Shown here: positions 35,110 to 48,039 of the stretch, piece by piece
Numbering within the stretch: position 1 is the first letter of the stretch
How the letters are laid out: every line of letters begins with the position of its first letter
Source: Isurus oxyrinchus
Lineage: Eukaryota
Direction of reading: 5' to 3'
DNA length: 64,000 nt
NCBI GenBank assembly: GCA_026770705.1
Contig: JANJGN010000030.1
Location: forward strand, 22,196,001-22,260,000
Made by a program: the position numbers and the translations under genes
The notes under the pieces: model-generated
Databases searched by the model: none
What the model was told of the DNA's origin: nothing
What the model saw: only the letters and a program-made list of their open reading frames with translations

Positions 35110-35455
35110 GTATAAGAACCAACCAATCTCTCTGTTTCCAGATATTAAACTCCCAGTGCAGTCAGAGGTCCCGTCTTTCTGGGTGCGGCCTTGTCTCTCC
35201 TTTTGGCTGAGCGTAAAAGTTGTCAGGGCATTATTTGACAAAGAACAGGAGAGTTCATCCCAGTCTTTTGGTCAATACTTATCCCTCAATATCTAAAAAC
35301 AGCTTCTTGAATCATTTATCTCATTGCTGTTTGTGGGATTTTGCCTTGTGCAAGTTGGAGGTTGGGTTTCCTACATTATATTGCAACCATTACTTCATTG
35401 GCTTTAAAGGTTTGGGATGTTCTGAGGTTGGGAAAGGGGTTGTAGATGTAAGATC
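35110..35455 (+). mobile_element. DeuSINE (SacSINE1-like), diverged
   Basis: GTCAATACTTATCCCTCAA..CTCATTGCTGTTTGTGGGATTTTGC..TACTTCATTGGCTTTAAAG. Confidence 0.7.
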
Positions 35456-35781
35456 TCTGAAAATTAGTCCTTTCAGTGCCGACAGGACATTGGGTCATTG
35501 GGGGTAGCACATGCCAGTCTCACCAACCACCACATCTGTAAGGGTGTGGCAGGGGTGGGGGAAATGATGATGAGCAAACTGGATAATGATCAGGGGGTGG
35601 GAAGCTTGGCTGGCTGTACTTTTGTTTTCCTTTGTGCTTGGGAAGTGGGCATCTCTGCCAATGCCAGTATTTGATGTCCATCCCTAATTGCTGTTAGGGA
35701 AGGAGTTCCAGGATTTTGAATGTGAAGGAACTTGGAGTATTTCCAAGTCAGCATGGCTTGTGGTGAAGCTACAACTCAAGG

Positions 35782-37473
35782 CTACTTGTGTGCCAAACAG
35801 CATAAGCAGCAAGCAATAGACAGGGCTAAATGATTCCACAGTCTCTCTGCAGTCCTACCACATCCAGTCGCGAATAGTGGTGGACAGTTAAACAACTCAC
35901 TGGAGGAAGAGCCTCCACAAATATCCCCATCCTCGATGATGGAGGAGCCAGGCACATCAGTGCAAAAGATAAGGCTGAAGCATTTCCAACAAACTTCAGC
36001 CAGAAATGCCGGGTGGATGGTCCATCTCGGTCTCCTCCGGAGATCCCCAACATCACAGATGCCAGTTTTAGCCAATTCAATTCACTCCACGTGATATCAA
36101 GAAACGGCCGAAGGCATTGGATACTGCAAAGGCTTTGGGCACTGACAATATTCTGACAATAGCACTGAAGTCTGGTGCTCCAAAACTTGCCCTGCCCCTA
36201 GCCAAGGTGTTCCAGTACAGGTACAACACTGGCATCTGCTGTCAATGTGGAAAATTGCCCTGGTCTGACCTTGACACAAAAAACAGGACAAATCCAACCC
36301 GGCCAATTACCGCCCAATCAGTCTACTCTTGATCATCAGTAAAGTGAGAGAAGGGATCATCAACAGTGCTATCAAGCGGCACTTGCTTTTCAATAACCTG
36401 CTTACTGACACTCAATTTGGGTTCTACCAGGGTCACTCAGCTCCTGACCTCATTGCAGCCTTGGTTCAAACATGGGCAAAAGGGCTAAACTCCCGAGGTG
36501 AGGTGAGGGTGACTGCCCTTGACATCAAGGCCGCATTTGACCGAGTGTGGCATCAAGGAGCCCTAGCAAAACTGGAGTCAATGGAAATCGGGGGAAAACT
36601 CTCCACTGGCTGGAGTCATACCTAGCACAAAGGAAGATGGCTGTGGTTGTTGGAGGTCAATCATCTCAGTTTCAGGCAGAAGTTCCTCAGGGTAGTGTCC
36701 TCGGCCCAACCATCTTCAGTTGCTTCATCACCGACTTTCCTTCCATCATAAGGTCAGGAGTGAGATGTTCGCTGATGATTGTGCAATGTTCAGCACCATT
36801 CGCAACTCCTCAGATACCAAAGCAGTCCATGTCCAAATGCAGCAAGACCTGGACAATATCCAGGCTTAAGCTGACAAGTGGCAAGTAACATTTGTGCCAC
36901 ACAATTGCCAGGCAATGACCATCTCCAACAAGAGAGAATCTAACCATCACCCCTTGATATTCAGTGGCATTACCATCACTGAAACCCCACTATCAACATT
37001 TTGGGGTTACCATTGACAAGAAAATAAGCTAACTATATAAATACTGTGGCTACAAGAGCAGATCAGAGGCTAGGAAACCTGTGGCAAGTAATTCACCTCC
37101 TGATTCCCCAAAGCATCATCTACATGGCATAAGTTGGATTGTGATGGAATACTCTCCACTTGCCTGGGTGAGTGCAGCTCCATCACCACTCAAGAAGCTT
37201 GACACCATTCAGTACAAAGCAGACTGCTTGATTGGCACCCCAGCCACAAACATTCACTCCCTCCACCATAGATGTACAGTAGCAGCAGTGTGTATCGTCT
37301 ACAAGATCCATTGTAGAAGCTCCTTAAGGCTCCACCAAGGCTCCTTAAACAGCACCTTCTAAACCCACGACTGCTACCATCTAGAAGGCCAAGGGCAGCA
37401 GATACATGGGAACTCAATCACCTGCAAGTTCCCATCCAAGCCACACACCATCCTGACTTGGAAATATATCACC
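35782..37473 (+). mobile_element. Crack/Daphne/L2-type LINE, degenerate RT
   Basis: RT motifs across frameshifts: NYRPISLL..SKVREGIIN..QFGF..SAPDLI..ALDIKAAFDRVWHQG, VPQGSVLGPTIF, FADD (GATGTTCGCTGATGAT). Confidence 0.9.
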
Positions 37474-38454
37474 GTAACTGTACCTATGCTGTTTGTCCTC
37501 AACCACTCCTTGTGGTAGCGAATTCCACATTCTCACCACTTGCTGGGTGAAAAAGCTTCTCCCGAATCCCTGTTTGGATTTATTGGTGACTACCTTATAT
37601 TTATGCCTCCCTTTTTGATCTTAACTGGCTTTAATTGGCAACCTAAAACATTTGGAGTTGGTTCTTTCCATTTTCATCAACTCTGAGACTATTTATGCCA
37701 GGAGAAGGGAATGCTGGAGTGGGGAGTGTGTTGCAGATCGAAGGAAGGGACAGAAAGTAGAAGAGAGAGCAGCAGTAAATGGAAATAATGCTTTTGGCAT
37801 AGTCTACTGGGCAAATGGAACCGTCAGTGCAATAGTGAACCAAGCAGACCCAGATCCAGCACTCACTGGGCACCAACCCAGAACCCTTGGGTAAGGGAGT
37901 GGCAAGTAACCTGTGCTCCACAGAAGCCAGGCAATGAGCATCTTTTTCTTTATTCTTTCATGGGATGTGGGCATCATTGGCTAGGCCAATTCCTATTTTA
38001 TGTATTTCCAGATATACTTAGGATGTGCCTGGGAGCTGGCCGCTAGCTATTTCTCTTCCCTGACCTCTTCATGGAGCTTGACCTCAGCATCTGGACAAGT
38101 GTGCGTGTGACCTCATTTCTTGACTCTCTCCCCAGGCCTCCTTAATAACCTTTCTGATAATTCAGTATCGATCCTCCTCAGATTGATAAAACATTAACGT
38201 AATGCCTGCATTTGCTTTCCCAGATGTGCTCTGTGGTTTTACACAGTGAGTGGAAACTGAAAGCTCCCAGTGTCAATTGTTACTGACTTCAGCCGAGTGA
38301 GCTGGTGCCAGTCCAGGACAGAGGTTGGAGTGTTGTGAATGATATTGGCCTGCCACTTGCTTCTCTGGCTGAGGACAGGCTAGAGAGAGGAGATAAGTCA
38401 GTCCTGATTACTATTGAGTGACTTCTTTTGTTAAGTGTACAGGGTTTGGGTCTT

Positions 38455-38635
38455 GGTGGTGATCTGGTCATTGTCCCATCACTGTTTCTGGGAGCTTGCT
38501 GTACGCAAATTGGCTGCTGCGTTTCCTGCGTTACAGTAGTGACTACACTTCAAAGTATACTTAATTGGCTGGAAAGCACCTTGGGACACCCTGGGGTCAT
38601 GAAAGGTGCTATAGAAATTCAAGTTCGTTGTTTCT
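38455..38635 (+). mobile_element. DeuSINE 3' fragment
   Basis: GGGAGCTTGCTGTACGCAAATTGGCTGCTGCGTTTCC..GAAAGGTGCTATAGAAAT. Confidence 0.8.
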
Positions 38636-39049
38636 TGTTTGCTTTAGGACCTGAAAGCTCAGTCTACCCTGACACTTAACTGCAGGGCTGAAAGAGCTGA
38701 CAATCATAGTGTTATGGATGAAGTGTTAAACCAGCGTCTTGGCCAACATTTCCATCTCAGTCGGCACCACCAAAACTAGCCTTGCAAGTCATTCTCCTTA
38801 AAGGTTGCTCCTGGGATCCTGCTGTGCTCAAATTGTTTGCCCCATTCCCCTGACTGCCCTTCTTCAAAAACAACCCAGGTCATGGACGATATATTAGCAT
38901 GGGTTATTTCACTGGGACATGACAAATGAGGGTGACTGCTGCCCATGACTGCAGCATACCTCCCGAAAACCAGCAACTTTTAGAAGGCCACAGGGATGTG
39001 AGTAGGCCATTCAGCCCTTCGAGCCTGTCCCGCACAGAGGAAGCAAAAT

Positions 39050-39212
39050 AGGTGCAACCCGCTTTCCAAAAACATAACGCTCCTTTTCTCAAGCAGTATA
39101 AATTGTTGCTCTCTTTGAAATTTGGCCTTCTTGTGCTTGTCCTGATGAGTGCTTCTACAGCGTGTCTCTCTTTTTGTCAACAATGCTCAAGTCCTGTACT
39201 ACCAAGCGACTT
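39050..39212 (+). mobile_element. Penelope-like family B pLTR fragment with internally deleted hammerhead
   Basis: TTGTCCTGATGAGTG[deletion]CTTCTACAG..CAAGTCCTGTACTACCAAGCGAC, homologous to the reverse complement of 34380-34520. Confidence 0.65.
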
Positions 39213-39979
39213 TTAACATCAGAATGCCAAATCAAGTTAACATTCTGATTTTTAACCTCGGGCTAAAAATGCAATAATGATCACTTCTGGAAATGCATCC
39301 TTGGTAGATTTGCCCATGCACAACCTCTGTTGCCCACTGCTGGAGATCTCAAAGGGTTAATTCTGCTCATCCTGTGATGGGATGCCTTGACCAAGTTAAA
39401 CCATTAACCCCCGGTGCTGCTTCAAATTTCATTGGAAATGTGGTTTCCATGGCGACAGTTGCCAGTGGAAACTGCTTCCATTCTGATCAATTCTCCGATA
39501 AATTACTCAGTGATAATGCAGCATGCGCTGATCTTTATCTGTCAGCCAGGACCACCCTCGCTTTCTCAGCGCAGTAGAACGTGATTTTAAGCCCGCAGCC
39601 TCCCTTTCGTTTGATCCATGCCATCTACAGAAGAAATCTAAGATCCAACGTCTGTAAATCTCTCTCAAACATAGGCCGCAGGCTCCGCTCGGCCTGTATT
39701 TAACATACAGAGCAACGTCCCCTCCCCACAACATTCAGCTCCCAACAGCTAACTAGACAATAGGTACCAGGATTTGGATGTTATCCCATTGTTGGGATCA
39801 AGAATTAAATTTGGGAAGGTGATTAAGTCACAGCAGCTCATGATGTCATACTGTTCGCAGCGCGGTCCATCGGGTGAGTGGAGCAATGGGGGAGTTATCA
39901 GCCAGTCAGACAAACAGCAAATTGTCTGGGTGTGAAGCACAGCAAAGGGTGTTACTGTTTGGGAGAATCAGAGGCAAAG

Positions 39980-40400
39980 AAAGCAAAAACGTGCATTTAT
40001 ATCGCCCCCTTTCCCAGCCTCAGGGTGTCCCAAAGTGTTTTATAGTCAATGAAGCACTTTTGAAGCACTGTCACTGCTGTAGTGGGGCAAGAACAAAAGT
40101 CAGTTTGTGCACAGCAAGCTCCAACTAGAAGCAATGAGATAAATGACCAGGTAGTCTTGGTGACATTGGTTAAGGGATAAACATTGACCAGGACACCAAG
40201 GCTGACTCCCTTCTACTGTTCCGAATAGTGGCTCTGGGATCCTTTATGACCACCTGAGAGGGCAGTTGAGACCTAAGTTTAACTCCCACATTGCTGACCT
40301 GGAGAGTTATCCAAAGTGATATGCTCAAACCCCTGGAGTCGATTTGAATGCACAAGCGTCTGACTCAGGGATGAGAGGGCTGCCCACGGAGCCAAGGCTG
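39980..40400 (-). mobile_element. DeuSINE (SacSINE1-like)
   Basis: GCATTTATATCGCC..TTTGTGCACAGCAAGCTCC..AGGGATAAACATTGACCAGGACACC. Confidence 0.8.
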
Positions 40401-40679
40401 ACTAAAGTTATCCCACTTTTGAGCAACATCAACTCAAATATGGAGGGGGTAACTGGTTAGCAATTAGGAATCGGAGCTTTACCCCCTTGCCTTGTCCATT
40501 GGCACTAACGCCTACTGTAGGACTTCTGCAGCTCAGGACAGCTAACTTTGTACCTTCCGCCATTGCAAGCTATCAGCAATCCTTAAGACTCTGACAATCT
40601 GGCCCACCACGTCAACTACTGATTCTATTTGGGGGTAGATTTCGCGGCCCCTGATTTGTCCTGATTGAATTTTTTAAAA

Positions 40680-41030
40680 AATCTTTCATGCCAGCATTCG
40701 TTGCCCATCCCTAATTGCCCTTGAACTTGGCTTGCTCGGCCATTTCAGAGGGCAGTTAAGAGTCAACCTCACTGCTGTGGGGTCTGGAGTCACATGTGGG
40801 TCAGGCCAGGTAAGGATGACAGATTTCCTTCCCTCAAGGGGATTAGTGAACCAGATGGGTTTTTAAGACAATCTATGGCATGGCCCCCATTACTGAGACT
40901 AGTTTTATATTCCAGATTTATTAATTGCCACCAGCTGCAATGGTGGGATTTGAGGTCATGTGCCCAGGGCATTAACCTGTGTCTCTGGATTAAAGTCTGA
41001 CAACATTACCATTATGTCACCACCTCCCCG
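40680..41030 (-). mobile_element. tRNA-derived SINE (family of 17325-17657)
   Basis: GTTGCCCATCCCTAATTGCCCTTGAA..TTAGTGAACCAGATGGG..CACCACCTCCCC. Confidence 0.8.
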
Positions 41031-41354
41031 TCGGGAGCTTGAAGAGGGCTTTGCTTTAAGTGTTGTTGCCGCTTAACTCAGAATCTGCACTGTCTGTGCC
41101 TGGGTGTGAATCAACTGAGCTGCACAGTTGAGTTTACCATGGTAATGTTTTCAAGTTCACCTTCTACCATCCTGATAGTCACATGATACAATGATAACAG
41201 AGTTATTGACTAATCACAGCAATCGATCCCTACCAATGAGCCTACAACAGACCTAGGCACGAGGTGAGGAAAACCCCCAGTAGTGGAGAGCGTTGGGAAC
41301 CATATGCCAAAGCCCCCTCCCCACCGTCCTTCACATTCAAGGAGACCAGTATCA

Positions 41355-41935
41355 GTCTTATAGGAGCAGGTCTAGCCCATATGGCCCATCGAGCCTGCTC
41401 CGCCATTCAATATTATCATGGTTGATCTTGGGCTTCAACTCTCAGATTCCCGCCTGCTCCCCATATCCCTTGAATCCCCAAGAGACCAAAAGTCTGTCTA
41501 TCCCAGCCTCAAATGTATTCGACGATGGAGCATTACCCTTAGAGTAATATCTCCTCATCTCAGTCCTAAATGATCGGTCCCTTATCCTGAGACTGTGCCC
41601 TCCCGTGTTTTAGATTCCCCGGCCAGTGGAAATAACGTCTCAGTATCTACGCCATCAAGCCCTTTCAGAATCCTGAACGTTTCATGAGGATCGCCTCTCA
41701 TTCTTCTAAACTCCGGAGAACATGGGATTTACTCAGCCTCTCATCAGAGGACAACACCTTCATCCCAGGGACCGATCTAGCGAACCTTCGCTGTATCACC
41801 TCCAATGCATGGATATCCTTCCTTAAATATGGAGACCAAAACTACACTCAGTATTCCAGATGTGATCTCATCAAAGCTCTGTACAATTGTAGCAAGACTT
41901 CTTCATTCCTGTACTTTAATCCTCTTGTAATAAAG
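41355..41935 (-). mobile_element. CR1 LINE 3' fragment
   Basis: CCCATCGAGCCTGCTCCGCCATTCAA..GGAGACCAAAACTACACTCAGTATTCCAGATGTG. Confidence 0.85.
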
Positions 41936-43639
41936 TCTGTGATGACTCAATGAAGCAGAAAGGTAAGGAAACAGTAAAACTTTATTATGGAGACATCTAG
42001 GAGTGTTTGTACCTGGACCCAATCCCTCATCTGAACAGACTCTGCCACCCACCCCCCACCCCTGCCGGATTTCCGTCCTAAGAGCTCACTGGTCAAAGAC
42101 CCTGCTCTTAAGGCAAAAGGGATCAGAGGATATGGGGAGAAAGTGGGAGCAGGCTATTGAGTTGGATGATCAGCCATGATCATAATGAATGGTGGAGCAG
42201 GCTCGAAGGGCTGAATGGCCTACTCCTGCTCCTAGTTTCTATGTTTCTATGTACATCACATGATCCGTGATTGACAGGAGGGAGGGACAATACATGCAGT
42301 TAGCATGTACTTGCACCGCCAAACCTGGCTCTCTTACCTGGCAGAAATCACAGCGGGCTGGATTTTCCCCTTTCACCATTTGTGCAATGAGCTAGTGGCG
42401 CGTGTGCACTTCCCTCCAATCTTCGTTCCCTTCCACACAGAGAAGCTGATCAGCTCCTCCAGATTATCACACAAACGTGAGCCTAATGGGTGCATGATTC
42501 TGCCGCTGGGCCAAGGGAGCGGGATTCAGCAGTTTGGAATGGAGTCAGTGTAGGAATGCTGGTGGGTGGTGGTGGGCCTTGGACAACCTGAAGGAAATGG
42601 GTAACATGAGAAGGAAACTCTTTGGTGTGGAATTCGTGAATGGGATGAGCCCTTTGCACTGACAGCGGCCAACAGTAACATCTCTTTATGAATGGACATA
42701 TCCTGGCAAATCCCGGAAGGAAAAGCCAGTTCAAAATTGCTAAATCCCAGTAAAAATCAGTAAAACTGGCACTAATATGCTGGAGGCATACAAGACCAGT
42801 TCAGACAAGTTTAACTGGTACCCTTCATTTCCAATTTTTACTAGTTTTTCCTTTTGCCAGCCCCCAACAAACCCCCACCCCCCCCCCCCACCCAAGTCAA
42901 CATCACTTTATCTCATTCCTGTTCCTGGGAGCTTGCTGTGCACAAATTGGCTGCCATGTGCTTGCTGCATTTACGACGGTGACTACACTTCATTGGCTGA
43001 AAACCAGTTTGGGACGTCGTGGGGTAATGAACGGCGCTATACCAATGCAAGTTCTTTCTTTTGTTGCCGCATTCACTCCAGCCCCTGACCATGTGAGGAG
43101 ATGGTGGTTTTCTCTCTGTGAATGCTGCTTTGTTCGAACAGGAGGAGTGGCAGTTTCGGAGGCTGGGTGCACCTCCTCGGATTATAGCTTCAAAAAATGC
43201 TAACCTCACGTCCTGGCTGATATGCTCCTTTCAAACTGAGATCAATAAACACTGCCAGGGCAACGTGGTCAGAGTGAGAACCCAGTCCTACTTCAAGTGA
43301 AGCAATATAGAAATCGACTCTTCCTCATTTGAATTTCAAATGCAGCTCAACCTAACGCAGTCCATATGGAGCCTCAGTGCTACGAACGCTTAAACCTTCC
43401 TTCTGAATATTAATGAAGAGGAATTGAGAGTGTAAGTCCTTCCGGATCCCTGTAACTCTGCAATGTTAGTCACAGCGATGTGCATTTAACTCTTTATTGT
43501 CATTGGGAAATGAGGGTGGAGGAGGCATTAGGCCACAGTGCCTTAAACTGGGAGGCCACAGGATTAGTGAAGTATTCATTACGAAGTAAGGCCAGGTTTG
43601 GGTTTTAATGGCTGGAGGATATGTCAGGAAGATCAGGAG

Positions 43640-44130
43640 ACCTGCAGCTCTGGGGGAGTGCTGCATTGTTGGAGGTGCCATCTATCAGATGAGACATTAA
43701 ATCAGGGTCTTATTTGTCCTCACATTAAAGACGCTGTGGCACTATTCCAAAGAAGAGGTAGGAGTGGGGGGTGGGGGGGTGCGGGGGAAGGTGGGGGAAG
43801 GGGAATTCCCCAGGGGAGTTCCCCGCCTGTCTTCCACTGCCATGTCACGGGCTATATTTATCCCTCAGCTGGTTATCTGGTCATCTGAGGAAGAGTCATA
43901 CAGGCTCGAAACGTCAACTCCGTCTCTCTCTCTCTTTCTCCACAGATGCTGTCAGACCTGCTGAGTTTTTCCAGCATTCTCTGTTTTTGTTATCTGGTCA
44001 TCATACATTGCTATTTGTGGGAGCTTGCTGTGCGCAACATTGTCTGTTGCCTTCCCTACGTTACAACAGTGACTGCTCTTCATTGGCTGCAAAGCACGTT
44101 GGGATGTCCTGAGGTCGTGAAATTCTTTTT
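43640..44130 (+). mobile_element. DeuSINE interrupted by a Penelope pLTR fragment
   Basis: GGGAGTGCTGCATTGTTGGAGGTGCC..GTGGGAGCTTGCTGTGCGCAA..GGGATGTCCTGAGGTCGTGAAA. Confidence 0.8.
43885..43988 (+). mobile_element. Penelope-like family A pLTR fragment starting at the hammerhead core
   Basis: CTGAGGA-A-GAGTC-ATACA-GGCTC-GAAA-CG-TC-AACT. TSD GTTATCTGGTCAT(C) at 43872-43885 and 43989-44002. Confidence 0.85.
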
Positions 44131-44169
44131 TTGCAAGCCAGAGTAAGAACGAGCATGAGTAAGAGAGTC

Positions 44170-44475
44170 CCTCCATGGCCTCACTCCTCCCTATCTCTGA
44201 AATCTCTTCCGGTCCCACAACGTTCCGAGAGATCTGCAATCCTCTAATTCTTAAGCATCCCTGAATTTAAGAGGCCCCAAGCTCTGCAATTCCCTCCCTC
44301 GCTACTTCTCTTTCCTCCTTTAAGATGCTTCATAAAACCTATGATTTTGACCAAGCCTTTGATCATCTGACCTAATATCTCCTTATGTGGCTCGGTGTCA
44401 TGTTTTGTTTTATAATGCTCTTGTGAAGGGTCTTTTATTACGGTAAAGGTGCTATATAAATATAAGTTGTTGGTG
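44170..44475 (+). mobile_element. L2 LINE 3' end
   Basis: TTTGACCAAGCCTTTGATCATCTG..AAAGGTGCTATATAAATATAAGTTGTTG tail, also seen reversed at 47725 and 57435. Confidence 0.7.
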
Positions 44476-44971
44476 TAGAGTGCATCTACATGTGCGTACT
44501 ATGAGGAGGGTTATTGCACAGGAGTGGGAGAGTTCGAAACTGGGATGAGAAGGCTTTGGGCATGTGTTCTGCACTATCCCTTCTGCCAAAGAGGTCCCCA
44601 TCAGCAGTGTCTGTCGGCATTGCACACTTTGGGTGCATTAAGGATCCCAAATTGTGTGCAGCCATATTTAAATGAATAAGCAACGTAATTTCTGCCCTTT
44701 ATGCTCAGACTGCAAGTTTTTCCTGCAAAGCCCATTACGAATGCACACTTGGGTAGCTGCATGTACGATGCAGTTGTTACACAGGAACATCTGCATCTTG
44801 TTAGAACAAAATTTATAGTAGTTTTTCCAACACTGTTCCAGGTTTTGTTAATATTATCAAATGTTGACATTTTTTAAGGGTAATAAATTGTTTCTCATTA
44901 GAGCAGGTTTCCTCTTAAACATTTCACTCTCTAACCCCCAATCAAAAAGTACAGTGTAGGTGGAACATCAC

Positions 44972-47390
44972 TTTGTATCTGACCCCGTGTTGTATCTGTC
45001 CTGGGAGTGTTTGATGGGGACAGTGTAGAGGGAGCTTTACTCTGTTTCTAACCCCGTGTTGTATCTGTCCTGGGAGTGTTTGATGGGGACAGTGTAGAGG
45101 GAGGTTTACTCTGTATCTAACCCCGTGCTGTACCTGTCCTGGGAGTGTTTGATGGGGACAGTGCAGAGAGAGCTTTACTCTGTATCTAACCCTGTGCAGT
45201 TGATGTAGTTTATATGGATTTCAGCAAAGCCTTTGACAAGGTCCCACATGGGAGACTTATAAAGAAAGCAAATGCACATGGGATACGGGGTAATTTGATA
45301 AAGTGGATTCAAAATTGGCTTAGTTGTAGGAGACAGAGGGTGATGACAGAAGGATGCTTTAGTGACTGGAAGCCAGTGTCCAATGGCGTACCACAGGGAT
45401 CTGTGCTAGATCTCCTATTATTTATCATTTACATAAACGACAAAGATGACTATGTGGGGGGTAGGATTAGTAAGTTTGCGGATGACACAAAGACTGGCCG
45501 GGTGGTTAACAGTAAGGTTGAGAGTCTTATAGATGGGATGGTGAACAGGGCAGATAAGTGGCAGATGGAATTTAACGCTGAAAAATGTGAGGTTATACAC
45601 TTTGGAAGGAGTAATTTTACAAGGAAGTATTCAATGAACGGCATGACACTAGGAAGTTCTGAGGAACAAAGGGACCTTGGCGTGTGTATCCATAGATCTC
45701 TGAAGGCAGAGGGGCATGTTAGTGGGGTGGTGAAAAAAGCATATGGGACACTTGCCTTTATCAGTTGAGGCATAGTTTACAAAAGTAGGGAGATCATGTT
45801 GGAGTTGTATAGAACCTTAGTGAGGCCACAGCTGGAGTACTGTGTGCAGTTCTGGTCACCACATTATAGGGAGGATGTGATTGCACTGGAGCGGGTGCAG
45901 AGGAGATTCACCAGGATGTTGCCTGGGATGAAACATTTAAGTTATGAAGAGAGGTTGTATAGACTTGGGTTGTTTTCATTGCAGCAGAGAAGACTGAGGG
46001 GCGACCTGATCGAGGTGGACAAGATTATGAGGGGCATGGACAGGGTGGATAGGGAGCAACTGTTCCCCTTAGTTGAAGTGTCACTCACAAGGGGCATAAG
46101 TTCAAGGTGAGGGGCAGAGGTTTAGGGGGGGATATGAGGAAACACTTTTTTACCCAGAGGGTGGTGACGGTGTGGAATGCACTGCCTGGGAGGGTGGTGG
46201 AGGCGGGTTGCCTCAAATCCTTTAAAAAGTATCTGGATGAGCACTTGGCATGTCATAACATTCAAGGCTATGGGCCAAGTGCTGGTAAATGGGATTAGGT
46301 AGGTAGGTCAGGGGTTTCTCACGTGTCGGTGCAGACTCGATGGGCCAAAGGGCCTCTTCTGCACTGTGTGATTCTGTGATTCTGATCCTGTGATTCTGTA
46401 CCTGCCCTGGGAGTGTTTGATGGGGACAGTGTAGAGGGAGCTCTATTCTGTATCTCACCCTGTGCAGTACCTGCCCTGGAAATGTTTGATGGGCAAAGTG
46501 TAGAGAGAGCTTTACTCTGTATCTAACCTGTGCTGTACCTACCCTGAGAATGTTTGATAGGGACAATGTAGAGGGAGCTTTACTCTGTATCTAACCCCGT
46601 GCTGTACCTGCCCTGGGAGTGTTTGATGGTGACAGTGTAGAGGGAGCTTTACTCTGTATCTAACTCAGTGCTGTACCTGTCCTGGGATTGTTTGATGGGG
46701 ACAGTGTAGAGGGAGCCTTACTCTGTATCTAATCCCGTGCTGTACCTGTCCTGGGAGTGTTTGATGGGGACAGTGCAGAGGGAGCTTTACTCTGTATCTA
46801 ACCCCATGCTGTACCTGGCCTGGGAGTGTTTGATGGGGACAGTGTAGAGGAAGCTTTACTCTGTATCTAACCCTGTGCTGTACCTGTCCTGGGAGTGTTT
46901 GATGGGGACAGTGTAGAGGGAGATTTACTCTGTATCTAACCCCGTGCTGTACCTGTCCTGGGATTGTTTGATGGGGACAATGCAGAGGGAGCTTTACTCT
47001 GTATCTAACCCCGTGCTGTACCTGTCCTGGGAGTGTTTGATGGGGACAGTGTAGAGGGAGCCTTACTCTGTATCTAATCCCGTGCTGTACCTGTCCTGGG
47101 AGTGTTTGATAGGGACAATGCAGAGGGAGCTTTACTCTGTATCTAACTCCGTGCTGTACCTGTCCTGGGAGTGTTTGATAGGGACAGTGTAGAGGGAGCT
47201 TTACTCTGTATCTAATCCCGTGCTGTACCTGTCCTGGGAATGTTTGATGGGGACAGTGTAGAGGGAGCTTTACTCTGTATCTAACCCCGTGCTGTACCTG
47301 TCCTGGGAATGTTTGATAGGGACAGTGTAGAGGGAGCTTTACTCTGTATCTAACCCCGTGCTGTACCTGTCCTGGGAATGTTTGATAGGG
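44972..47390. repeat. 69-bp tandem repeat array (~3 + ~14 copies) split by a CR1 insertion
   Basis: Unit CTGTACCTGTCCTGGGAGTGTTTGATGGGGACAGTGTAGAGGGAGCTTTACTCTGTATCTAACCCCGTG. Confidence 0.97.
45196..46399 (+). mobile_element. Relatively young 5'-truncated CR1 LINE (RT C-terminal half and 3' UTR)
   Basis: VDVVYMDFSKAFDKVPHGRL..GVPQGSVL..ISKFADDTK..LYRTLVRPQLEYCVQFWSP..FFTQRVVTVWNALP, with one stop (45766-45768) and one frameshift. Terminal (ATTCTGTG)n microsatellite. Confidence 0.97.
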
Positions 47391-48039
47391 AATGAGTTGG
47401 ATGGGGAGTGGCTGGAAAGTGGGCCAACCTGATGGTCTGACCAAATCAGTTGGGTTGTGGATCTGGAGGGAGTAAATTTGACTCATACCTTATTTTCCCT
47501 TAGTATTGGAACACAAACTTGCAGCAGAAAAGTTTTAAAATCACCAGATGGCTTCCGAGATTCATAGTTTTTCTCTGTTCAGTATTTGTCCCCAAAAGAG
47601 TTTTATATCAAATAGCTGAAATATAGCATTTATTTTGTTTCTCTCAAAACTATCATCAGGGGCATTGCTTGGCTTATTTTCTTCCAAGATTAGTTACAGC
47701 TGCCTTTTCTGATAAGGAGCATCAACAGCCTTGTATTTATATAGGATCTTTAATGTGATAAAACATCCCAAGGCAGGAGTGTTACCAGCCAAATATTGAC
47801 ACCATGCCAAAGAAGGAGGTATTGCTACAAGTCACCAAAAGCTTGGTCAAAGAGATAGGATTTAAGGAGTGCTTTAGGAGAGGAATTTCTGAGCCTGGGG
47901 CCTAGACAGCTGAAGGCACAGTCTCCAATGGCTGGGCAATGTGGGAAATGTGCAAGAGGCCTGAAATGGAGGAGCGCGGAGCCTAGGAGTCAGGTTCACC
48001 CAAGCACCCAAAATTCAGTTGCCTTTGCCTTTTTTTTAA

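Noticed and set aside
46665-47486. 273-aa ORF with 23-aa repeats
   Set aside because: Translation of the 69-bp tandem repeat.
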